64,000 nucleotides of DNA, from the NCBI RefSeq assembly GCF_009914755.1, contig NC_060926.1. One strand, 5' to 3'. The stretch is from the human T2T-CHM13v2.0 reference genome, Homo sapiens. Below are positions 38,601 through 50,725 of the stretch, one piece after another. A program made the position numbers and the translations under genes. Under the pieces are notes generated by a model. That model had not been told where the DNA came from, made no database searches, and saw only the letters and a list, made by a program, of their open reading frames with translations. Positions within the stretch are counted from its first letter, which is position 1. Every line of letters starts with the position of its first letter.

Positions 38601-40582
38601 AAATGAAAAAGAAACCTCACTACATGGGTTTAATAATTGAGTAAAAATTACAGAGGGTAGAATCAGCAAACTTGAGAGATGAATGTAATTTATCCTGTCT
38701 GAACAACATGGAGATAATATGTGAAAACACATCTTTATTCAATTTCTGAAACTTCCTAAAGACAGGAAAAAAAAAAAAAACCTTGAAGATAATCTCAGGG
38801 AAATTAGACATTATTTACAAGAAAAAAAAACAACAGTATAAATGGCTTTAGCTTTTTCACCTGAAATGGCGGAGGCCAGAAAGAATGGACCCAATGTTCT
38901 TTAGAAATGAAGAGTAAATAAAGGCATATTCACAAAAAGGAAAACTAAGAGAAATTATCACTAGAAAGCTTACCCTCAACAAATGACTAAAAGAATGTCT
39001 TCAAAAATAACAAAAATAATAAAATAAAAAATTTGAAAGCATTTGGGAAAAGGAAATCAGAAATACTAGTAACGTGGGAAAATACACACGTTATCTTTTT
39101 ATTAGTTCCCTATATTTAAGTAGTGATTGAAATAAAAATTACAATATCATCTGAAATAAAATTATATGATATATTAAAAGTGAGGAAGGCATAGGGATAT
39201 AAATGGAAGTACTTTTTCCACAATTTACATGAATTGGTAAAATGTTGATGCCAGTAGATATAGAGTGTAAGCCACATATGTATATTAGACAGATCAACTG
39301 GTAGGATAAACATATGAGACATTACATTTAAACATAAAATTAATTGATTAATATAGAATTTTAAAAGCTGTTTAAGTAATTGGCAGGAAGCCAAGAAAAG
39401 AGAAGCAGAGGAAACAAAAAACAAAAGCCAAGAAAAGAAAAACAGGAAACAGAAATCTACTAGAATAAATATAAAAAAGGTTATGGAAGAACTGAACAAC
39501 TCAATCAACCAACAATACCTAATTGAAATATATAGAATGCTCCACTTGAAAACAGAAATATATACTTTTTTTCCCCACGCATCCATTTAACATTTAGCAA
39601 TTTAGAACATATCTTGGGACATAAAAAATATTAAAGTATTGACATAATACAGAATGTATCTTGTTATCATATGGAATTAAACTAGAAACAAAAACAGAAA
39701 GATAATACAAAAAAACAACAAACCCTTTAAACCCTTAGGGAGAAAAAAAGAGGTAAAGAAAGAAGTATCAAAATAATGTTTTAGAAAATATATGGAACTA
39801 TATGAAAGTAAAATATAACATTAAAATGTGCAGAATTAAACTAAAACAATGCTGATAACATCAGAAAAACAAATTATGTAATATTGTTATTATAAATGGA
39901 GAAAGGTAGTAATTAAATAATCTAATGCCATATAGTCTTAGTTCTAGGAAAAAGCAAAATAAACTTAAAGTAAACAGAAGGATGCAACTAATTTAGATCA
40001 AAACAGAAATCAGTGAAATTGGAACAGAAAAATAATAGCAAAACAAAATTTTAAATCATCAAAAATTTTCTAAAAATCCATAAAATTGCTAAATCTCTAC
40101 CAAGACTGACAAATGCAAAAGAAGAGAAGACATAAATAACCAATATTAGGAATGAGACAGGAGATATCACTACATATTCTGCAGCAGTTAAAATAATGTA
40201 AGGAATATTGACCATAATATTCACTCATAAATTCATGACTTTGAAGAAGTGGATCAATTTGTGAAAATTCACAAGCTACCTAATTTCAAACTAAGATGAA
40301 ATAGACAATGTATATTCTTCCATATTTATTAGGGTTATTTTATTCATCATTAAAAACTCTCCAAATACTAACAGATGGTTCTAACAAACACTTAAATTAG
40401 AATTAATGCCAACTTTATACAATGTCTCCCAGAATATAGAAGAAATAAGAACATTTTCCAATTTGTTTTATGAGGTCAGTATAACACGGATACCAAATTA
40501 GATAATGAAAATGCACAAAAAAGAAAATACAGTCTAATATTTCTAATAAACTCAGACAAAACTCCTTAAAAAATCTTGACAT

Positions 40583-40867
40583 GGCCTGGCGCGGTGGCTC
40601 ACGCCTGTAAGCCGAGCACTTTGGGAAGCCAAGGCGGTTGGATCACAAGATCAGGAATTCATGACCAGCCTGGCCAACATAGTGAAACCCCGTCTCTACT
40701 AAAAATACAAAAATGAGCTGGGCACGGTGGCAGGCACCTGTAATCCCAGCTACTCAGGAAGCTGAGGCAGGAGAATTGCTTGAACCCAGGAGGTAGAGTT
40801 TGTAGTGAGCCAAGATGGCACCACTGCACTCTAGCCTGGGCGACAAAGTGAGACTCTGTCTAAACAA
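40583..40867 (+). mobile_element. AluS (AluSg-like), full length
   Basis: ggcctggcgcggtggctcacgcc...; 15-bp TSD aaaaaatcttgacat at 40568-40582 and 40868-40882. Confidence 0.95.
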
Positions 40868-41502
40868 AAAAAATCTTGACATCTAATCCAGCAATGTCTA
40901 CAAAAATTATATACTATGATCAAGTGAAATTTATTTTAGGTATGCAAAGCTGGTTCAATATTTGATAATAAATAAATTTAATTCACTAGATCTATAGGAT
41001 GAAGAAGAGAAAGATAAATTATGTGATTATTTCTACTGACATATAAAAATTATTTGACAAAAATTCAGCATATATTCACAATTAAAACTCTGCAAATTAT
41101 GTTCACAGGATTCTTTTCTACTTTATAGAGATTATTAACAAAACAACTATAGTTCATATTTTATGATGAAAGACTGAATGATTTCCTTCTAAGATCTGCA
41201 ACAAAGCAAGGATGTCCCCTTTATTACTCTTTTATTCAACATTGCAATGGAAGTTCTAGTCGATGCAAAAGACATGAAACAAAAAGTCATACAGAGTAGA
41301 AAGAAAGGAGTAAAACAGATTAGAAAGAAAGGGATCAAACTGTACCTACTTGTAGATGACATTACAGTCTACATAGAAAATTTATATAAATATCTACCAA
41401 AAAATGCTAGAACTAACAAATGTATTCAGCAAGGCTGCAGGATAGATGACCACACAAAAATCAATTGCATTTCTATGTAGTAACAATAAACAAACGGAAA
41501 CT

Positions 41503-42042
41503 TATCTGGAGCTGAGCTGAGCTGGAAAGAGCTGGGCTGTCATGTGTTCCATTTTGTGATGGAGTGATAGTCAAGGTTAAGGTAGATCAGCACAGATGTG
41601 GGTGTTCATCTAACTTTTGAAGGAGTATTGATCAAAAGGCTCCTGTACTTTTATGAACCTTGTGGACAGGAGAAAGAAAGGGGGAGAAAGCTAGGAATGG
41701 AAAAGTACTGAATACTGAGTTAGAGTGGATAAAATTGTCTGCAAGATTTTCTACTCCTCCTCCAATGTAAAGGCCTCAACAGAGAAACGTGAGAAAGGCA
41801 TTTGGTAAGTGCCCTACATAAAGAGAAATAAAAAGAAAAGTTTCTGGACTCAGAGTGCAATTATGCTAGAGAGGTCTAAATCTTGACTGCAACTCTCTTC
41901 AGAGACTGCAACACATTGGCTGTGCACCAAGCCTGATGTGAGAAGAATAACTTTCCCTCATGAGGCGTGCCAGGCAAAGGCTTTTTAATTACATATAGTT
42001 GGGCCTGAAACATATTACACATCCATTTTTTGACCAAGAGTC
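41503..42042 (-). mobile_element. ERVL LTR, MER70-like
   Basis: Minus strand has 'cataaaagtacaggagccttttg', 'cacatctgtgctgatctacct' and terminal 'cagctcagctcagctcc'; interrupts L1 ORF2; possible TSD aaact. Confidence 0.6.
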
Positions 42043-42304
42043 AAACTCCTTAGTAACGGAAGTGAAAACACAATGCCAGTTACAATTGCTTCCTCTCACC
42101 ATGCCTCAGATGAGGTATCTAACAATTAATCTAACAAAACATGTACATGATGAATATATTAAAATTTCAAAATACTGATGAAAAAAGAATTTTTAAGACT
42201 GAAATATACATGTAGATGCAAACCATATTCATGGATTGGAAAATTTAACAGAAGATGTTGATTCTGCTGCAATTCCTACCAATCACCAGTGCTTTTGTAG
42301 ACAC

Positions 42305-42704
42305 TGTAGTTTGATGGGTGCCCCACCGGGTTACTAAAGGGTACATGTCTGCTGCCTGGACCCTAAATGCTGAGCAGTGAGCCAAGGCTGTGGTGCTCAG
42401 CTAAGAGCAGGTGTCTCTGAGAATCCAAACTTACCAGAGAATATCTGAGAATCCACCAAGCAAAACAGTCCCGTCGCACACATCATAGGCAAAGAGCCAG
42501 AAAATTAGCTTAAAAGCGGCTTACAGATAGATAGTGTATCTCTAAAGCTCTCCAGGAGTGCCTTGTATGTGAGTGCCAATAAACTCATCTACCCACCAAC
42601 CTGGACTTATCCAAATCATTGTTTGGTCTCTTGGTTCCCTTCTAGTTTGGGGGAAAGTTTTTTCTCTTTTTTTTTAAATATGGTTCTGAGTTTTTCTCAT
42701 TACA
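42305..42704 (+). mobile_element. LTR32-like ERVL solo LTR
   Basis: TG...CA ends; 'gtgagccaaggctgtggtgctcagct', 'aggcaaagagccagaaaattagcttaaaagc', 'aataaactcatctac'; near-TSD gacac/gacgt. Confidence 0.8.
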
Positions 42705-45700
42705 GACGTAGAGAGACTTATCTTAAAACATATGTGAAAAAACAGAATTTTGAAATGAAAGACTAAAGTTGGAAAAATCATCCTAACTAATACTAGCACT
42801 TATTATACAGCTATGGTCAAGAGTGTGGTGTTCTTGGAGGGACAGACATATTGATTAACATACTCATAAGTAGACACAAATATGTCCAACTGATTTGTTT
42901 TACAAACACATTCAGTATAGATCAGGTGGCATTTTCAACAAAATGCACTACAGCAATTCATTATCCATAGGCAAATACATAAATCAATAGGAGTGTATAC
43001 ATATATATCACTCATGTAAAAATTTTATGAATCATGGATTCAAAGATTATTGATTTAAATATAAGACATAAAGCTATAATATTTTTAAGAGGAAAAAATA
43101 GGAGAAAATCTTGGGAACTAGGCCTAGATAAAGAGTTCTTGTACATGACACTAAAAATGTGATTCACAAGAAATCAAATTTATAAATCTGACCTCATCAA
43201 TATTAAAAATTTTGCTGTCAATAGACCTGGTTAATAAAACAAAAGACAAGCACAAAAGTAAGAATAATGTGGAATATACAAAGTACTCTCAAGATTCCAC
43301 AGTAAAAATCATTTGAAAAAGAAACTTATCAAAAGACATGAAGAGACATTATGCATAAGAACATGTAAAGATGGCAAATAAATACATAAAATGTGTTTAA
43401 CATTATTAGCCATTGGGGAAATGTATACTGAAATACCAATGATATATCACTACAAACCTATTATAACAGCTGAAAATATATCAACACTACCAAATGCTGG
43501 TGAGGTTGTGAAGAAACTGGATCACTCCTATACTGCTGGTGGGAATACAAAATATTACAGCCACTTTGGAAGACAGTATGGCAGTTTCTTACAAAACTAA
43601 ACATGCATTACCATAAAACCAACTATGTGCACTCTTGGGCACTTATTTCACAAAAATGAAAATTCATATTCACACAAAGTCCTATACACAAGTTTTCACA
43701 GAACCTTTATTTGTAATAGCTATAAACTGGAATACAACCAAATGTCCTTCAATAGGAAATGCTTAAATTACCTGTGGTACATTCATACCATAGGATACTA
43801 CTCAGAAATGTAAACTATTGATACAGGCAAGCATTTTAATGGATCATGTCTTGCAAAGAATAAACATCCAAAAATGTCAGTTGTTATTCTTTTTTCACAT
43901 GCCTGTTACTACAACTCAGTATGGGGCTACAAAATTTCAATGTTTTATGTTTTGCCTTATCAAACTTCAAAGTAATGCCTAACATATAGTGGACATTGAG
44001 TGTACTTCCATCAAGACCAAATGTATGAGAGAAAAACAGATGCTATTATATAATTTTTCTTTTTTTTGGTCCTCTAATACAAATTCATAAAGCCTGTTAT
44101 TTAACCTCATTGAGTTTTGACTTTCTGCTAAGTTAAAAAATATATTTTCATTCTGTTGTTGAGTACTATATACTGCACTTATTTTTAAAGAAATACTCAT
44201 AAATGTGGAAGTAAATATACATGTGTATATACTTATGCGGCTGTACTTTTAATATCAACTCATGAATTAAATCCTGCTCTACTTTAAAAAATATGTTATG
44301 CTAAATTGTTTTCAAATCAATCAGTGACTTCCTTCTCTGAGGTCAAAGACAGTTTAAATTCAAATATCAGTAACTCATTGTGAGCATCAACGAATGCCAG
44401 CTAATTTTAAAGGAAATAGCATTGACTTCAGTTGCTCTAACATGCTTTAATATAGTATTGGAATTTCCATTTGATGATTGAGAAATTTGACATGGAAAGC
44501 AGTAAAATAATTGGTGCAAATTTCATACTAAAAGGAGACCGAGGCAGGATTAAACCAGTGGTGTGCAGGTGAATGTTTAGCAACCAATTGTCTTGGGTAA
44601 GGACAGGGAAGGCTGGGAAAGATCCCTGGTTTGGTGACATTTGCTGTGCTGGTAAAGTCACTGGACACTGAGAAAGAAAGAGATGTGCACAATTGGTTTT
44701 CACAAACAGGTATAAAGCAGCTCCAGCATGCTAGTGAATAACTTCTGCTCTTTTAACCATCCGTCCTACACTTAGTTTTGGCATGTACACTTTTCTTGAT
44801 TAATTTGGCATCCTAAATCCCACTTTCCTGATTCTATTAAATCCAGTCTTGCTTAGTGCATGATACTAAAAATACATACAACAAAAAAGAAACATATTGC
44901 ATTTTATTGTCTATGGGCAAGAATAGTTTTTTTGTTGTTGTTTCTACTTAGGCAGAAGATGAATGGATGCATTGCTTGCAGTATTTATACTATGTTACAT
45001 TCATTTGAATGTTTCATTATTAAATACGATGAAATTAAACTACCTAACTATCTATGTGTATGAGTACCAACATATACATATATCCATACATATACATTTA
45101 CATATGTGACTCCATGATAAGGTAAATTTCTAATTAAATTTCTTGTGAATCACAATACATACTTGGGGACTATCCTAAATTACCTTAAACATCATTTACC
45201 TCAAAACATTGGAGTGAGGAACTTAAAATTACCAAATTAGTTTCCAATTCACACTTTTATTGGATAATTTTTATACTAGGTAATTTTATACGAATTGTGA
45301 AGACTCTAATAAAAATGTTTAGCAAAGCAATATATTTTTCTATGATACTTATCACCATCCATTGGCAGTAACTTTCTATTAATTTGATATTTAATTCAAC
45401 CTGTGGTCATTTTTGTAATTGATTTTTGGCCCTAAGATAAATGTTCCCAAACATCTTGCTAATTTTTTCAGCTGATTATTTTAAGAGAATAAAGACAATA
45501 CAATTGTTTCTAACTACCCTGAAACTATCTTGCTCTATAAAAATGTGTGGTTTAATTGTTCTGTTACTGAGCACTTTTTGTTTCCCATGTAACAATGGTG
45601 AAAGTTTAGAAAAATTATATTTAATTTTAAATAATTTAATCCTGAACATAAAAGCCATTAATCAGCTGTTATTGGTTGCTTAATCGTGATTTTTTTTCCA

Positions 45701-46399
45701 AGTAATGCTTAAAAACCCTCATATACTTGTGGTTCCTTGGAGGATGCAAAGACTCAATGCATGATGAATTTTTGCCTTATTTATTTTTAAATACACCTGA
45801 GCCCAGTTGGAAATAAATTAGGATTGCTGATATATAAGTGGTTTAGAGAGTCAAGTGAAGCTTTCAAATTCATTTTCTTTTTTATTTTCTGCTTAATTTT
45901 TAACATGGGGATGATTAAATGTATTTTCTTTACAAAGAAAACAGATCACACTAGGGTTCCTTGTGTTAACCAATGAACACAAGGGCATCGACATTTCCAT
46001 TAGTCAATCTTAGTGTAGTAATTTGACTTTCCCCTCATTTTAAATAGGTTTATAAAAGTTTGTCACTTATTAAATTGTCTTTTAAAAAATAATTGCCATG
46101 GGATATATGAAAGAAGTGAAGACAATGGAACATTTGTTTAAATTGAACATAGCCTTAGCTAAATAATGAGACCTCACTTCTACGTTTAATTTCAGGACAA
46201 CTTTTCAAACAAATTTACGCTACTTGTTTTATGACATCTAACAGATAAATAGTTGTGGGCATTAGTATGCAATGCTAAAATTCTGTTTGAAAGAGTCTTT
46301 ATATTTTTTTGTCAACCAGAAAAATATTTTGGAGGAGGAACACGATTTCATTCCCATAACTCAAATGTAGTTTTGCTCTCAACGTTGTATAGAGTATAG

Positions 46400-46530
46400 A
46401 GGGAAAAAGATCAGATGTAAAAAGTAAATGTGGCAAAGTGTTAACAACTTGTGAATCTAGGTGAAGAATGCATGGGAGACCATTATACTATATTTGCGAT
46501 GTTTCTAAGTGCATTTTTAAAATTGAAAAT
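46400..46530 (+). mobile_element. L1ME 3' terminus fragment
   Basis: 'aaatgtggcaaagtgttaacaacttgtgaatctaggtgaag...cattatactat'. Confidence 0.6.
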
Positions 46531-49081
46531 GCAGGTCTTTTCAAAGTGAAACAGAACAATGCCATTATCACATGCTTCTGCTGTGTGTTGGCCCTAGCTC
46601 TAGCCTTGTGGGATGTGCTGGTCGTAGGGTAAGGTTAAACATGGCGAGCATGGGCAAAACTAGACATATATAGACATATAGCTAATCTGTTCACTTATTG
46701 AGTAAATTCCAGAGATGGAATGTCTGGGTCAGGACATGTAAGTCATTTATCAGGTTAAAATGTGCGATAAATTGGGGAATGAATAGGAAATTGACAAGAG
46801 CTAGTGAAGCCAGGCAAATCTAATTGCTTGATAAGTAAACCAGAGAGAACCTGGGTCCTCACAGAACAATCAGGGATACCTAGGATACAGGTATGATCTC
46901 AACAATCTCAAGAGTTCTGAATTCCAGTTCTCATGCTTCTCGTGCCCAGTTGCAATTCTGTTACCTTGGGAATACTCTTAAAATGCAAGAGTTGTTAATG
47001 TCTCTAAACATTAGTTTTCACACACACAAAAATGCAAATGACAATACCTAATGCAATTTATTCTGTGAAAACTGAAAGAAATATATATACCCAGGACCTC
47101 CTGGAGCCTGTAGGCTCCTAGAAGAGTACAAGTTACATTGAGAGAGTCTATAAAAGCCTCAGCATTGCAACTGTGACAACCCCAGTGGGTTTTGTCTTCT
47201 CGAATCCCTAAAATATGAGACACTTCCAATAGAATGTTTTATATTTTGGTATCTGAACTATTGTTTTATGTTGTCTAAATTTTTATTTCTTGTTTTTTTT
47301 TGTTTGTTTTGAGAAAAGAGCAAAAGCAAAACCATAGAATTTTAAAATGTCATAAAATTTTTAAGGAAGATCTGGGAGAAATAATCATGTCTTTAACCTT
47401 TAAATACATGTTTTCAATCTGAGATGATAGACACATGATCTATCAGCATACACTCAAAAATGTTTATTTTCGTAATATCACTTTTTAAAAATACTTTGCA
47501 TAATCATACTCAGTAATGTATATTGAATATATTAAATTTTCTGATGGACTTAGAGCACAGAAATGTTGCCAAGTTGTAAAAGAAAAAGTAACCACTAATA
47601 ATATATTGTATAGTCTACAAAGGAAGCAATAGGATTTATTTTTAATCAATATTTTATCATATTATTATCTCATGGTTACCCTGTTGATTACATTTTTTTT
47701 TAAATAGTACATTTACAACATTTTTCTACTTTCTTTTTTCTCTCTGGTCATTGTCGTTATGACTAGATTCACCACAGTGTAAATCTTTAGTTTGAGATGT
47801 TCCTTCAAATCTCTCTTCTACATTAGAAATAACTAGGAATAGAAGATGGTAGAAAAATGAAATTGTAATAACAATACATTTTATAATTGTATAATTGTAA
47901 TTATTTTTAATAAATTCATTTTGAACATAATTATAACAAGTCAGCTTATATCTGATTTTTCAGGCATCTGTGGGAATACAGTATCTATATCAGTTACTGA
48001 CTCAACTCTCCCCATTTGATGATACTAGGCACACTAATTTTGCAATGTAACAATATCCAATTTTTTTTCTTTTTCCAGAAAAGATGATAAATTATGGCCA
48101 AAGTAAATACTGCTCTATGGTAATATATCTTGCTGGCAGTGTATAACCATGGCCATATTTGTAAGTACTGTAAAATGTATGCACAGTCTCTACTGGAGAA
48201 TGGGAACCCTTACCTGAATGGAAGGGAGTATTTGCCCAGAATTTTGAAGAGTTGAAGAATTATACAAAGTCAGGTGAACATAACAAAGTAGAACCAACCT
48301 ATACTTTAACTGGTCATACAACTTCTCAGATATTTACGTAAGTTTTGGGGCTAATTAAAATAAATTGATATAGTTTTTCAATATCAATTCACTTCAAAAT
48401 ACATTAAATTTATGTTAGGTTTGATTAAGAATGTTAAACTGTGCAAATAGTCTTAACTGTATAATAATGTCTAAGGAAAATTTATTGTGTAGCAAAATTT
48501 ATTTGTGGTCATTTTACTTGACTTTTATCTATACACTTAAATTACATAGGTGATTCAATTCTAAAACTGTTAACACTTTGTAAATACAAAAATAATTATA
48601 AAATAACCATAATTCCTGAGGGCTTTTATAAAAGTTTTATTCACTCTAAATCTTAAATAAACTTCCAATAAGAAAACATTTCAAAGTATATAGTAATTTC
48701 ATAGAAAATTATAGTTTATAGTATTAGAATTCTTACAGAATATATTCTAACCACTGTTCAAGGCATACAAAGTATAACAAACAAATAATTTTAGGAGTAT
48801 TAAATTACTGAAGAATTTAAATATTTTTATTTGTTTTAATTGCTTCATTATGTAAGCAATTAAAAGTGTAAATACTGTTTTTTTCTGTTGTAGAAGGCCT
48901 TTTGAAATATTTGAAGATGTAATTTATCAAATGAAAATCAACGTCAATGAAAAGAAATCACATATTTTGTCATAAGACAAAATTAAATGACATACCAAAG
49001 AGATGTAGAATCATTTATGGAAAACAGAGTATAGATAATTATAATAAACACTGTCTAATATATATGTTCATTTTAAGATGA

Positions 49082-49447
49082 TGTCTATGGACTGAATGTG
49101 TCTTCCTAATATTCATGTGCTAAAACTCTTTTTCCAATGTGATGATATTCAGAGTTGTAACTTTTGGGAAAAAATTTGGTCATGAGTGTGGAGCACTCAT
49201 GATAGGATTAGTGTAATTTAAGAAGAGCCAGGAAAGAACTTGTTTCCTCTCTCTCTCTATCCACCATACCAGAATACAGCAAGAAGGCATGCATCTGTAA
49301 ACCAGGAAGAGAAACCTCACAAGGAACTGAATTTCCTGGCTCCTTGATCTTGGACTTTGAAGCCTTCATATCTGTCAGGAATAAATTTCTGTTTATGCCA
49401 ACCAGTCTGTGGTATTTTTATTATGGCAGATCAAATAGACTAAGCCA
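49082..49447 (+). mobile_element. MLT1A-like MaLR solo LTR
   Basis: 'ctatggactgaatgtgtc', 'acagcaagaaggc...ccaggaagaga...cttgatcttggacttt', 'aataaatttctgttt', ends 'gactaagcca'. Confidence 0.85.
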
Positions 49448-49454
49448 GTCACTG

Positions 49455-49815
49455 TGTATATACAGAATGGACTTTTCACACAAGACTTGGTCCACACATG
49501 CACCAAGAAGAAATGAAGTGATTTGTTACTGATATAATGAGATTTTCTGGGAGAGCAGATCAGGATCCCAAGCATGTCTGAAAAATAGTCTGAAGGAGCA
49601 GGGAAGGAATACTGGCCTGGGCTTTCTTGTGCTCAAATTGTGAGGCTTGGTAAGGGATTTTACACTGACCATGACTTGAATGTTCTGAAATTTCTGTTAC
49701 TGCAGAGTGAAGAAACATGGAGCTTTTGTATTGGTTTGTGCAGAATGTGGGGCAAGAGTGGAAGAGGGAAGGGTGATGACTGAAAGTTGTCATAAAACGT
49801 CAAATATAGAGTAAC
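49455..49815 (-). mobile_element. ERVL LTR, MER76-like
   Basis: 'cacatgcaccaaga...ataatgagattttctgggagagcag', 'tgtggggcaagagtggaagagggaaggg'. Confidence 0.6.
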
Positions 49816-49939
49816 ACTTTTTGCTAAAATTTACCTTTGAAATTTGACTGATTATTGAAATGGGCCAGGTGTTATGATATTGAATTTTCAGTTTGTTAAG
49901 TAAGCCATTTTAGCACTCTACAAGGGATAAGAGTTGCTC

Positions 49940-50245
49940 TCCTTTCAATGATTCACTTGGTCCTATGAAGTCTCTGATCAAATATCACTTTCTTAGAGGG
50001 TTTATCCATGAAAGCTCTACCTGAAAGAGAACTCCTTATGCTAGTTGCCTTCTAGTACTTTTTGTCTCCCTCTCTCTTTATTGTACTTCCTGGGATTAGA
50101 TTATACATCTTTCAAAATTGTTTGATTTCCCCAATACAGTGTAAGATCTCTGAACCCAGAAATTCTATTTTGTCACTTTTATATTCATAGCTGAAAAAAT
50201 AGGGCCTGAAGCTTAATGAATGACATTTAATGATTAAATCAATAA
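49940..50245 (+). mobile_element. L2 3' region
   Basis: 'tcaaatatcactttcttagaggg', 'tgtaagatctctgaa...tattttgtcact'. Confidence 0.55.
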
Positions 50246-50671
50246 GAGATGGAGGAGACTACATCAACTTGAGCAATAAAAGACGAAGTTAGTCTTATAA
50301 GAGGTTATAGGGAAAGAAGCTATGGGAAGTGATTTTCTCTAATTGGACATTAACAGTGAAACCTATTAATCTAGCTGCCAGTCATTAAAATTGCTATAGG
50401 TTATAATTGCCATTGTTCATAAGGTATCTGGTGAAGAAAAAGAAAAAAATAAATTACTTGGGCACACTAGGCAAGCAAGCCAACAATACAGAAAAATCTG
50501 ACTCCTTTATTTTCAGCACAAAGGAAATATGAAATAGACTGGTGGAACTAAGTTATCTATTTCTTTTTTTGTAAGTTTCTCTGAAAAATTTCCAGTTAAA
50601 TATTTCTTCAAAATATTTAGATATTTCTCCATGCTTATAGGTAGTCTTGAGGTGGAGAAAAAAATGAGTGA

Positions 50672-50688
50672 ATAGATAGATAGATAGA

Positions 50689-50723
<35 letters not shown>

Positions 50724-50725
50724 AT
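50672..50725 (+). repeat. Compound tetranucleotide STR (ATAG)4(ATAA)9
   Basis: Read directly. Confidence 0.95.

Larger units (their letters stand above)
37048..43850 (+). mobile_element. Near full-length degraded L1MC/MD-like element (5' UTR, ORF1, ORF2, part of 3' UTR) with three nested insertions
   Basis: 5' start 'ggacttctgattgcagccaagatagagt'; ORF1-like 38350-39050; RT peptide in track ORF 41247 (IKLYLLVDDITVYIEN); 3' part 'cagccactttggaagacagtatggcagtttcttacaaaactaaacat'. Confidence 0.85.

Noticed and set aside
41290-41337. About 24-bp tandem duplication in L1 ORF2
   Set aside because: Ordinary slippage in a dead element
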